DNA from: a candidate division WOR-3 bacterium
Lineage (GTDB): Bacteria; Hydrothermota; Tepidihabitantia; Tepidihabitantales; Tepidihabitantaceae
Assembly (NCBI GenBank): GCA_965648905.1
Contig: CBFGIT010000021.1
Location: forward strand, 1 to 45,537
Direction of reading: 5' to 3'
DNA: 45,537 bases
Shown: piece after piece, positions 36,269-44,984 of the stretch
Layout of the letters: the number at the start of each line of letters is the position of its first letter
Numbering within the stretch: the stretch's first letter is position 1
Program-made: the position numbers and the translations under genes
The notes under the pieces: generated by a model
The model's database searches: none
The model's input: only the letters and a program-made list of their open reading frames with translations
What the model was told of the DNA's origin: nothing

Positions 36269-37171
36269 TTACCTGCCGAGCAGGGCCTTGCGGACTTCTT
36301 CGGCGATGCCGATGCCGGCCCGCTCCTGGCCTTCCTTGGTCTGAGCGCCGATGTGCGGCGTGCCGATAACGTTGGGCAGCGAGAAGAGCCGGAAGTCCTT
36401 GAGCGGCTCAGTCTCATAGACATCAAGTGCCGCAGCCCGGACATGGCCCGACACCAGAGCATCGTACAACGCCGCCTCATCCACGACTCCGCCCCGGGCG
36501 CAGTTGATGATGACCACGCCCTTCTTCATTTGGGCAATCGTGTCCTTATTGATGATGTGCGCGGTCTTGTCGGTCTTAGGCACGTGCAGGGAGATGTAGT
36601 CGGCCTGCTTGAGCAGTTCGGGAAACTCGCACAGCCTGCCTGCGACGCACTCCTTGATGAACGGATCGAACACGACCACGGACATACCCATTGCTACACA
36701 CCGCTTGGCAAGTTCGCTGCCGATGCGGCCTGAGCCGATAAGCCCGAGAGTCTTGCCGTAAAGCTCGGTGCCCTTGAACGCCTTCTTCTCCCATTTGCCC
36801 TCGCGCAGCGACTGGGTTGCCTGGGGAATCGAGCGGGCAACCGAGAGCATCAGGCCCAGCGCCAGCTCAGCCACTGTGACCGAGGTTGCAGCCGGAGTAT
36901 TGACGACCTTGATCGACCGGGCGTCGGCGGCCTTCTTGTCCACATTGTCGAGCCCGACGCCGGCGCGGCCGATGACCTTCAGACTGGTGCCGGCATTGAT
37001 GACATCAGCCGTCACCTTGGTTGCACTGCGCACAATAATCGCATCATAGGCGGGAATCGCCTTAATCAGCTCATCCGGGGGCAGGCCGGGCCGTTCGTCG
37101 ACTTCCAGTCCGGCATCTTTCAGCATCTTCACGCCTTCGGGCGCGATTGGGTCGGTGATAATGACTTTCAT
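36269..37171 (-). CDS. serA: D-3-phosphoglycerate dehydrogenase-like 2-hydroxyacid dehydrogenase (no ACT domain)
   Basis: RSATKV, GRAGVGLDNVD, GSGRIG, INCARGG, LDV..EP, TPHIGA. Confidence 0.8.
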   Translation of the reverse strand: MKVIITDPIAPEGVKMLKDAGLEVDERPGLPPDELIKAIPAYDAIIVRSATKVTADVINAGTSLKVIGRAGVGLDNVDKKAADARSIKVVNTPAATSVTVAELALGLMLSVARSIPQATQSLREGKWEKKAFKGTELYGKTLGLIGSGRIGSELAKRCVAMGMSVVVFDPFIKECVAGRLCEFPELLKQADYISLHVPKTDKTAHIINKDTIAQMKKGVVIINCARGGVVDEAALYDALVSGHVRAAALDVYETEPLKDFRLFSLPNVIGTPHIGAQTKEGQERAGIGIAEEVRKALLGR

Positions 37172-37204
37172 AGTTTGCTCCTTTCCGGGTGGTTCCGGTT
37201 GCTC

Positions 37205-37277
37205 ATCCTAACCAACGCGCAACCAAAGTCAAACACCGGCGACCGACTTTGACCCGGCCGGGTCTTTCTGGTATCGT
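37205..37277. promoter_or_regulatory. Divergent promoters for serA (minus) and M6 protease (plus, leaderless)
   Basis: Minus TTGACT-N16-TAGGAT (37232-37205); plus TTGACC-N17-TATCGT (37249-37277), 6 nt before ATG. Confidence 0.6.
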
Positions 37278-37283
37278 TAGACC

Positions 37284-38915
37284 ATGGAAACAGTGCTGTT
37301 CAGCCGCATCGCCGCGCTTCTCTGCCTTGTCTCGCTGGCTGCCGGCGTCCCATTCCGTCCTGGTCTTGCCGGCCCGGAGCCGCAGTTCCCTCCCGGGGTT
37401 GAGGTGCCGGGCCCGAACAAGCTTGCCGGTTTCGACTACTGCGAGACCGTCACAATCCTGATGCAGTTCCCGGACAACCGGGCCGATACCATTGCCCACT
37501 CTCCGGCCCGGTTCGACTCGATGCTCTACTCGACCGGGGTCTATCACGGTCTCCCCTACCGTCAGGGCAGTCTCAATGACTTCTTCCTTGAGAACTCCTA
37601 CGGCAACTATGACGTGCGCGGCGCGATTGCCGGCAACCGCTGGTTTCTGTCCCAGTACAACTACTCGCGCTACTACGACGGCAACTACATGCTCTCGACC
37701 GGCAGCCAGTTGGCCCGGGAGAACGTCCAGCAGGTAGATGCGGTGATCGACTTCCGTCAGTTCGACCTGAACCAGGACGGCCACATCGACGCGATGTTCA
37801 TGGTTCATGCCGGGCCGGACGGTGCCGACAACGGCAACGTCAACTGCTGCTGGTCTCATGCCATCCCTTACTTCAACTACACGACCAACGACGGCGTGGT
37901 CATCGACGGCGTAACCAACGTGCCCGAGTTCGCGATGGTCACCGAGTCACGCGACACCACGCTCTGCTGCATTGCCGTGATGTGCCACGAGCTCGGGCAC
38001 CTGGTCGGCCTGCCTGACCTGTATCAGAGCGGCCGAACCCAGTGGGGCGTGGGCTACTGGGGTCTGATGGGCTACGGCGCATGGGGCGCGGGCGGCAACA
38101 CACCCTGGAGCCCGTCACACATGGAGGCCTGGTCCAAGGTCACGGCCGGGTTCGTCACTCCGACGGTTGTGACGACCAACCTGTACGACGTGCGCATCCC
38201 GCCGGTCGAGACCGACCCGGTCATCTACAAGGTTTGGCGCAACGGCGCTAATCACGACACCTGCTTCTATCTGGAGAACCGGCAGCAGAAGGGGTTCGAC
38301 TCGCCGCTGCCCGGGCCCGGACTCGCCATCTGGCACATCGACCCGTCACGCAGCGCCTGGTACGACCGGGTTGACATGGAAGAGGACTCGACCTTTCATC
38401 TCGACCACGGGAACGGTGTCCGGCCCGACCCGCACGTCTATCACCAGGAACTCGGCGACACTTCAGATGTCCTGCCCGGAAACTGGAACCGGGTCGCGTT
38501 CGACTCCTCGACCGTGCCCTCGAGCCGGGACCGGAACAGCCGGTCAACCGGAGTCTGCGTCCGAAACATCCGTCAGGTCGCCGACACCATAATCTGCGAC
38601 ATCATCATCCGACCCGAATCGGTCGGAGTCGAAGAGGCATGCCCGGTTCCCGTGCCACATCTCGCCCTGCGGCCCAACCCGGCCCGGCCCGGCATGACCC
38701 GACTCGAACTCGGCCCGATAGGCTCTGTTTCCCCGGGAACCAGAGCAGACCTGGCCGTGTTCAACGCCACCGGCCAGCAGGTCATGGGTGCGGAAGTTCT
38801 GCTCAGCGGCCGGTCGGTGCTGCTCGATTTCCGGTCCCTTGCACCTGGAGTCTACCTGGTCCGGGTCAACTCTGGCACTACCTGCGCTTCAACCCGGCTG
38901 ACCCTGCTGCGCTGA
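37284..38915 (+). CDS. Secreted M6 (immune inhibitor A-like) metalloprotease with C-terminal sorting domain
   Basis: ENSYG, HAG, WSH, HELGHLVGLPDLY, GLMGYG, YLENRQ; PNP..LAPGVYLVR. Confidence 0.9.
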   Translation: METVLFSRIAALLCLVSLAAGVPFRPGLAGPEPQFPPGVEVPGPNKLAGFDYCETVTILMQFPDNRADTIAHSPARFDSMLYSTGVYHGLPYRQGSLNDFFLENSYGNYDVRGAIAGNRWFLSQYNYSRYYDGNYMLSTGSQLARENVQQVDAVIDFRQFDLNQDGHIDAMFMVHAGPDGADNGNVNCCWSHAIPYFNYTTNDGVVIDGVTNVPEFAMVTESRDTTLCCIAVMCHELGHLVGLPDLYQSGRTQWGVGYWGLMGYGAWGAGGNTPWSPSHMEAWSKVTAGFVTPTVVTTNLYDVRIPPVETDPVIYKVWRNGANHDTCFYLENRQQKGFDSPLPGPGLAIWHIDPSRSAWYDRVDMEEDSTFHLDHGNGVRPDPHVYHQELGDTSDVLPGNWNRVAFDSSTVPSSRDRNSRSTGVCVRNIRQVADTIICDIIIRPESVGVEEACPVPVPHLALRPNPARPGMTRLELGPIGSVSPGTRADLAVFNATGQQVMGAEVLLSGRSVLLDFRSLAPGVYLVRVNSGTTCASTRLTLLR

Positions 38916-38931
38916 TGCGGTTCGTCACGGG

Positions 38932-38959
38932 TTGACAATCGCGTTGCTTACCCTACAAT
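38932..38959 (+). promoter_or_regulatory. Promoter for tRNA-Phe/rpsT
   Basis: TTGACA-N16-TACAAT. Confidence 0.75.
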
Positions 38960-38969
38960 TCCCTGCCCT

Positions 38970-39042
38970 GCCGGGATAGCTCAGTTGGTAGAGCACGGGA
39001 CTGAAAATCCCGGTGTCCACAGTTCAATTCTGTGTCCCGGCA
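38970..39042 (+). tRNA. tRNA-Phe (GAA), CCA not fully encoded (followed by CCT)
   Basis: GCCGGGA/TCCCGGC acceptor, TAGCTCAGTTGGTAGAGC D-arm, CTGAAAA anticodon loop, GTTCAATTC T-loop. Confidence 0.96.
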
Positions 39043-39067
39043 CCTTGTGCTAACTACTGGAGGACTA

Positions 39068-39325
39068 TTGGCAAAACGTACCCCATCAGCCCAGAAGCAG
39101 GCTCGCAAGAGCCAGCGCCGCCGGCTGCGCAACCGCAAGCAGCGGCTTGCCCTCAAGACGGCCGTGAAGAAGATTGCTGCGGCCTCGACCAAGGAAGAGG
39201 CGCTCAAGCTCCTTCCTGAGGTCCAGTCGGTCGTGGACCGGTCGGCGCGCCGTCGCATCATCCACCCCAAGGCTGCGAGCCGCCTGAAGTCGCGGGTCAC
39301 CCGGGACCTGGCCTACCTGAAGTGA
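39068..39325 (+). CDS. rpsT: 30S ribosomal protein S20
   Basis: TTG start after GGAGGA; SAQKQARKS..RN, LKTAVKK, IIHPKAASRLKSR. Confidence 0.93.
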   Translation: MAKRTPSAQKQARKSQRRRLRNRKQRLALKTAVKKIAAASTKEEALKLLPEVQSVVDRSARRRIIHPKAASRLKSRVTRDLAYLK

Positions 39326-39393
39326 GCCGCGCGGCCCGGCCGCGGCCCAAACACTAGGGAAACGATACCGCATCGTATCCCGCCGACCCAGTC

Positions 39394-40593
39394 TTGAAAG
39401 TACTCTACATCTGCACCGCGTACCCGAGGTCCGAGCAGGACGTTATCACCCCCTGGCTGGTCGAAACCGTTGACCGACTCCGCCGGAAAGGCATCGACGT
39501 CACGGTCTTCACGTCCTCGTATCGAGGACTCGGGTTCCAGCGTCTGCACGGCACGCCGGTCCATCGGTTCCGCTACTTCTTTCGGAACTGGGAAGACCTG
39601 ACCCACGACGAAACCGCAATCGACCGGGTCAAGAAGGGCCTGCGCTACAAGGCCCTGGCCCTCTGCTACCTCTTCTTCGGCACGATTGCAGCCTGGGGTC
39701 TGGCGCGCCGTGAGCGGTTCGATATCATCCACACCCACTGGCCCCTGCCCCACTGGCTCTTCGGCTGGGCTGCGGCTCAGGCCTGCCGAGGCCGCACTGT
39801 TATCAGCTTTCACGGGGCTGAGTTGATGGCGGTAAGGCACGGCATGAAGCTGCTCCGGCCCCTGCTCTACTGGGCAATCAGGACCTGCGATGCGGTCACG
39901 GCCAACTCAACCCACACGGTCCGGGCAATCCAGGAAATCTACAACCGGCCTGTGACCATTGTCCCCTATGGCACGACCGCGGGTGAGTCCGCCGACGAGC
40001 CTCGTTCTGGCTCGGGCCCGGTGCACCAGTTGCTCTTTGTCGGTCGTCTGGTCGAGCGCAAGGGCGTCCCCTACCTGGTCAAGGCAGCCCAAATCCTGTC
40101 TCGCGACCTTCCGGTCCATCTAAACATCGTCGGCACCGGCCCGGACGAAGACGCGCTGCGCCGCCTGGTTGCCGAGTCCGGCATTGAGTCGCTGGTCACG
40201 TTCCACGGCTTTGTCTCTTCGGCCGACCTGGCTCAGTTGTATCAGAACTGCGATGTGTTTGTCCTGCCTGCGGTCTTTGATGCCAAAGGAGACACTGAAG
40301 GACTGGGCGTGGTTTTGATTGACGCAATGAGCCACCGCCGGCCCGTGGTTGCATCCGGGGTCGGCGGCATCGTTGACCTGGTCATCGACGAGAAGACCGG
40401 GCTTTCCGTGCCGCCGGCTGATGAACAGGCCCTGGCTGCTGCCATCCGGCGCGTCCTCACTGACCGTGACCTGGCCGACCGTCTGGCCCAGGCCGGGTTC
40501 GAGCACATCAGAAAGAACTACTCCTGGGACGCAATCATCAACCGCCTGGAGCGAATCTACTCCCGACTGACCACAGGACCTGACCATGCCTGA
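39394..40593 (+). CDS. GT4 family glycosyltransferase
   Basis: FVGRLVERKG, DVFVLPA..EGLGVVLIDAM. Confidence 0.92.
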   Translation: MKVLYICTAYPRSEQDVITPWLVETVDRLRRKGIDVTVFTSSYRGLGFQRLHGTPVHRFRYFFRNWEDLTHDETAIDRVKKGLRYKALALCYLFFGTIAAWGLARRERFDIIHTHWPLPHWLFGWAAAQACRGRTVISFHGAELMAVRHGMKLLRPLLYWAIRTCDAVTANSTHTVRAIQEIYNRPVTIVPYGTTAGESADEPRSGSGPVHQLLFVGRLVERKGVPYLVKAAQILSRDLPVHLNIVGTGPDEDALRRLVAESGIESLVTFHGFVSSADLAQLYQNCDVFVLPAVFDAKGDTEGLGVVLIDAMSHRRPVVASGVGGIVDLVIDEKTGLSVPPADEQALAAAIRRVLTDRDLADRLAQAGFEHIRKNYSWDAIINRLERIYSRLTTGPDHA

Positions 40594-41554
40594 ACCCGAG
40601 GCCCGGCCCGGTCTCACTCTTCCCCGCTGGCTCAAATACTCACTGGGCGTGCTCGTGGTCGCGCTCGCGTTCTACTTCCTGCTCTCGCGTCTGCTGCGCG
40701 ACTGGAGCCAGATTCCCTTCAGCGAACTCCACTTCTCGCCCTGGCTTCTGGCCCTCTCCCTTGCCGTGCTCATCGGCACTCATCTGCCCCTGGCCGGCTC
40801 AGCCTGGGGCCTTATCCTCAAGGGCCTGGGCGAGCCGCTCGGCCTGGGCCGGGCCATCGCGGTGATGAGCGTGACCCAGCTCGGCAAGTACGTCCCGGGC
40901 AAACTCTGGTTCACGCTCGGCCGCATGTCCCTGCTCAAGAGCGACTCTATCCCGGAAGCCAAGACCATGGTCAGCGTCGTGGTCGAAATCGTCCTCTCGC
41001 TCCTGGCCGCGCTGGTTCTGCTCGGCTGCGCGGTCATCCTCACCCCGCGTGCGCTTGTCCCGGACGCGCTCTATCTTGCCTTCCTGCTCGTGCCGGTCTG
41101 CATCATCATCGTCTATCCCCGGGTTCTGAACCGGGTACTGGGCTACGCCCTGCGCCGACTCAAACAGCCGGTCTTCGAACTCCGACTCACCTACCGCCAA
41201 CTGCTTGCCATCACCGGCCTGTATCTCGCTGACTGGACCCTGCAGGGAGTGGGCAGCTTCATCCTGCTCAACTCCTTCTATCCTTTGCCCATTACCCATC
41301 TGCCGGTCGTGCTCGGCGGCTATGCCATCTCGTGGATGGTCGGATTCCTCGCGCTCGTGGCTCCGGCCGGGCTCGGGATCCGCGAAGGCATCTTCACCCT
41401 GATTCTCAAGATTGTCATGCCCGGCCCGATTGCCATTATCTTCACCCTGCTGACCCGGGTCTGGATGACGGTCAGCGAAGCTGTTGTCGCCCTTGTCTGC
41501 CTGCCGCTGCTCAACCGAAGGAGAAGGAATGAAACCGAAACACAAACCCGGTAG
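40586..41554 (+). CDS. Lysylphosphatidylglycerol-synthase-TM / flippase-like membrane protein
   Basis: GKYVPGKLW, APAGLGIREG, multiple TM helices. Confidence 0.85.
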   Translation: MPEPEARPGLTLPRWLKYSLGVLVVALAFYFLLSRLLRDWSQIPFSELHFSPWLLALSLAVLIGTHLPLAGSAWGLILKGLGEPLGLGRAIAVMSVTQLGKYVPGKLWFTLGRMSLLKSDSIPEAKTMVSVVVEIVLSLLAALVLLGCAVILTPRALVPDALYLAFLLVPVCIIIVYPRVLNRVLGYALRRLKQPVFELRLTYRQLLAITGLYLADWTLQGVGSFILLNSFYPLPITHLPVVLGGYAISWMVGFLALVAPAGLGIREGIFTLILKIVMPGPIAIIFTLLTRVWMTVSEAVVALVCLPLLNRRRRNETETQTR

Positions 41555-44066
41555 ACCGACCCAGAGCCCCAGGCCCGAAGCTCACGGCTCCGGCATCCCG
41601 GCCCTCGGCCCTTCCCTGCCTGAAAAGACCCTGCATCAGGCGATTGTCGTCCTGCTCTTCCTGCTTCCGTTCGTGTTCTACGGCAAGTACCTGTTCGGCG
41701 ACCGGATGCTGTTCGGCACTGACTGGATTGGCGCGGGCGGCTACATGATTCGCGAGTTCATGGCCCGCTACATCAAAGGCCATCACTCGCTCGCCTACTG
41801 GATGCCGGCTATCCTCTCAGGCCAGCCCACCGGCGCGGCGTTCTTTGCCGACATGTTCTACCCGACACTGTTCCTGCGCCTGGTTCTGCCGGTGCACGTG
41901 GTCTGGACCTGGACCTTCACCCTGCACCTTTCCCTTGCCGGCCTGGGCGTCTACCTGTTTCTCAAAGAGCTGAAGGTCGCCGCCATCCCGGCCGCACTTG
42001 CCGGCGTGGCCTACATGTTTGCCGGCAGCCTTGTTACTCTGACCTATGCCGGCCATGACGGCCGGCTTATCGGCTCGGCCCTGGCTCCGCTTGCGCTCTT
42101 TTTCCTGCATCGCGGCATGGCTCGGCGCCAGTTGGTCCAGTTCCTGCTCATGGGTCTGGTCATGGGCCTGCAACTGCTGTCCGGCCACATCCAGAAAGTC
42201 TACTACACCGGCCTTGTGGTCGTCGCCTGGTTCCTGTTCATGCTTATCTCGACCCTGCGCGCCGAAAAGTCGGCGTCGCTCGGCGTGAAACTGGCCGTCT
42301 ACTTTGTCTTGGGGCTCGGGTTCATGACTGCCCTGTCCGCGATTCAGTACCTGCCCATCTACGCCAACATGCCCTATGCCTCGCGCGGTGCCGAGCGCGG
42401 CTACGACTATGCGACCTCATGGTCCATGCCGATAATCGAGACCTTTGACCTCCTCACCCCGCGATTCTCCGGCGGTCTCGAATCGTACTGGGGAAAGAAT
42501 CCGTTCAAGCTGCACAGCGAGTACTTAGGAATCCTGCCCCTGCTCTTTGCCGCAATCGCCGTGTTCCGACGCTGGAAAGACCGGTTTGTCCGGTTCTTCA
42601 CGTTCAGCCTGATTGCCGTTCTGCTCATGGCCTGGGGCGGCAACACCCCCTTCTACTACATCCCCTACTACCTGTTCCCGGGTGTTTCCAAGTTCCGCGG
42701 TCCGGCCATGATATTCTTCCTTGCCGCGCTGATGATTGTGGTTCTGGCCGGGTTCGGACTCGACCATCTGCTCCGCGAGCTGCGCCACGACGAAGAGAAG
42801 AAGACCCGCCGCACCGCGCTCATCGCGGCCGCGGTTGTGCCCGGGCTGTTCATCCTGTTCGGCGCATTCCGAGGCCCGCTTACCCAACTGCTCCGCTCCG
42901 CCACGGTCCAGACCGACCAAAAACTCGCGGCCCTTGAGGCAAACTACCCTCAGCTTGTCTCCGGCCTGCTCTTTGCCTCGGTCCTTGCTGCCATCGGATT
43001 CCTGCTCGCCCATTTCCTGCTTGGCCGCCGCGCCAGACTGCTGCCCCTGGCCGCAATCACGGCCGCAGTCATGGTACTTGACGCCGGGGTGAGCCTCAAG
43101 CTCTGGGACGAGTCCCGAGGCTATATCCGGGGCATGGCTCAGCCGAAAGAGTACTTTGCCGCCGACGACGTGGTCGCTGCGCTCAAGCCCGACACCTCGC
43201 TCTTTCGCGTCCTGCCCATCTCCTTCGAGCGCTCGGACGAAGGTCTGCTCATGTACCACAACATCAGCTCCACCGGCGGCCAGATGCCCAACCCGCTCCA
43301 GAGCTACCAGGACTTTATCGGCGCCGGCCAAAGCGTCATGTTCCAGCCCGGCAACCTGATGCTCCCCGGGTTCATGAACCTGGCCAATGTCAGGTACGTG
43401 GTTGGGCCCAGCCTGCCTGAAGACCTGTCCCGCTACGATGCCCGCTCGCGCCAGTACGCGAACCAGCTCAAAGCCTACTTCAGCCAGCCGATGTTCAGTC
43501 TGGTCCATGCCGGGCCGCGTTACTCGGTCTACCAGAACTCCGATGCCCTGCCCCGGGCATTCGTCGCCACAGGCTACGAAGTCGTCAAAGACAAAGACGA
43601 AGTCATCGCCCGGCTCTCAACCCCCGGCTTTGACCCGGCGGCAACTGCCCTGCTTTACGAGACTCCCGGCGCTGTGCCGCCGGTCTACCAGCCTGGCGTC
43701 GCGCCCTCGGCGACCATCTCATCCTACGACGCCAACCGGATTGCCGTGCGCGCCCGGTCCTTACAGCCGGCCGTCCTTGTGCTGTCTGAGAACTGGCACC
43801 CGGACTGGAAAGCCCTGATTGACGGCAAACCAGCCCCGGTACTCCGGGCCTATCACACCTTCCGGGCAGTTGCCATCCCGGAAGGCGAACACGAAGTCGT
43901 GTTCTTCTACGACCCCCACCACTACCGCACCGGCGGCCTGCTCACCGCGGCATCACTCCTGTTCCTGATTCTGGTCGCTCTTGCCACGGCGAGGAAACAG
44001 CGGAGACATGACCGGACGGTCCGACAATCCGGACCGTATCCCCCGACAGAGGGAGCGGGCTCCTGA
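41529..44066 (+). CDS. YfhO family GT-C membrane protein
   Basis: Start ATG 41529 after GAAGG; SGQP, FYP, SGH, YLGILP, KFRGP, LSENWHPDWKA.IDG. Confidence 0.85.
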   Translation: MKPKHKPGRPTQSPRPEAHGSGIPALGPSLPEKTLHQAIVVLLFLLPFVFYGKYLFGDRMLFGTDWIGAGGYMIREFMARYIKGHHSLAYWMPAILSGQPTGAAFFADMFYPTLFLRLVLPVHVVWTWTFTLHLSLAGLGVYLFLKELKVAAIPAALAGVAYMFAGSLVTLTYAGHDGRLIGSALAPLALFFLHRGMARRQLVQFLLMGLVMGLQLLSGHIQKVYYTGLVVVAWFLFMLISTLRAEKSASLGVKLAVYFVLGLGFMTALSAIQYLPIYANMPYASRGAERGYDYATSWSMPIIETFDLLTPRFSGGLESYWGKNPFKLHSEYLGILPLLFAAIAVFRRWKDRFVRFFTFSLIAVLLMAWGGNTPFYYIPYYLFPGVSKFRGPAMIFFLAALMIVVLAGFGLDHLLRELRHDEEKKTRRTALIAAAVVPGLFILFGAFRGPLTQLLRSATVQTDQKLAALEANYPQLVSGLLFASVLAAIGFLLAHFLLGRRARLLPLAAITAAVMVLDAGVSLKLWDESRGYIRGMAQPKEYFAADDVVAALKPDTSLFRVLPISFERSDEGLLMYHNISSTGGQMPNPLQSYQDFIGAGQSVMFQPGNLMLPGFMNLANVRYVVGPSLPEDLSRYDARSRQYANQLKAYFSQPMFSLVHAGPRYSVYQNSDALPRAFVATGYEVVKDKDEVIARLSTPGFDPAATALLYETPGAVPPVYQPGVAPSATISSYDANRIAVRARSLQPAVLVLSENWHPDWKALIDGKPAPVLRAYHTFRAVAIPEGEHEVVFFYDPHHYRTGGLLTAASLLFLILVALATARKQRRHDRTVRQSGPYPPTEGAGS

Positions 44067-44776
44067 CCGACCGTAAGCCAACCGAGCAGGACATCAAAGC
44101 CTGGTATAACCGGCGCTATGCCGACCGGGGTGTCAACTCGATGCGCACTGCCGACGCGTACCCGGTCTTCCTCGACATCCTCGGAGTTCAGCCCGGACGG
44201 GCTTTGCTCGACATCGCCTGCGGCTCCGGCTATCTGGTCAAAGCTGCGGCTGAACGCGGACTTGCCACTGCGGGGATAGACATCGCCGAAGAAGCGGTCA
44301 AGCTCGCCCGCCAGGTATCGCCCTCATCCGACATCCGGGTCGGCCGGGGCGAACAGCTCCCGTTCCCGGACAACCGATTCGACTACCTCACCTGCATCGG
44401 CTCACTCGAACATTTCCTCGACATGGAACGCGGCCTGGCTGAAATGAAACGGGTCACCAGGCCCGACGCGCTCCTCTGCATCCTTGTGCCCAACTCCAAT
44501 TTCCTGTACTGGAAACTCTCTGGTCACCCGGGCACCGAGCAACAGGACATCAACGAACACCTCATGTCGCTCAAGGAATGGCGCGACTTCTTCGAAAAGA
44601 ACGGCCTGGCTGTCGTGCGCGTGCTTCAAGACCGCTGGCCCATCAAAAAGATTCGGCCCTTTGCCAGTGCCAACCCGCTCAGGATTCTCAGGGGTCTTGT
44701 GTTCAAGCTCGTCTGGTCCATGCTGCCGCTGTCCTGGGCCTACCAGTTCATCTTCGTCCTCCGCAAGCGCGACTAG
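44063..44776 (+). CDS. Class I SAM-dependent methyltransferase; probable CTG start at 44063 (first ATG 44141)
   Basis: LLDIACGSG, LPFPDNRFD, SLEH, VPN; CTGA overlap with YfhO stop and GAGGGAG RBS. Confidence 0.85.
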   Translation: MTDRKPTEQDIKAWYNRRYADRGVNSMRTADAYPVFLDILGVQPGRALLDIACGSGYLVKAAAERGLATAGIDIAEEAVKLARQVSPSSDIRVGRGEQLPFPDNRFDYLTCIGSLEHFLDMERGLAEMKRVTRPDALLCILVPNSNFLYWKLSGHPGTEQQDINEHLMSLKEWRDFFEKNGLAVVRVLQDRWPIKKIRPFASANPLRILRGLVFKLVWSMLPLSWAYQFIFVLRKRD

Positions 44777-44812
44777 GCCGGCAGAGCCGACCGACAGGAA
44801 CGCCGCTCGCTG

Positions 44813-44943
44813 CTCGCCATTCGCCATTTTGCACTTTGACATTTGCACTCTGCACTCTGCATTCCGCACTCTGCATTCTGTACTCTGCACTCTGCATTCT
44901 GTACTCTGCACTCTGCATTCTGCAATCTGCCTTCTGTCTCTGC
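44813..44943. repeat. Heptamer tandem repeat tract (TGCAYTC)n
   Basis: About 15 near-perfect 7-mers: tgcactc, tgcattc, tgtactc. Confidence 0.92.
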
Positions 44944-44984
44944 CTGCTCAAGCTCGCAGGCTAGCCTTTGGGTGTTCGACTGCG

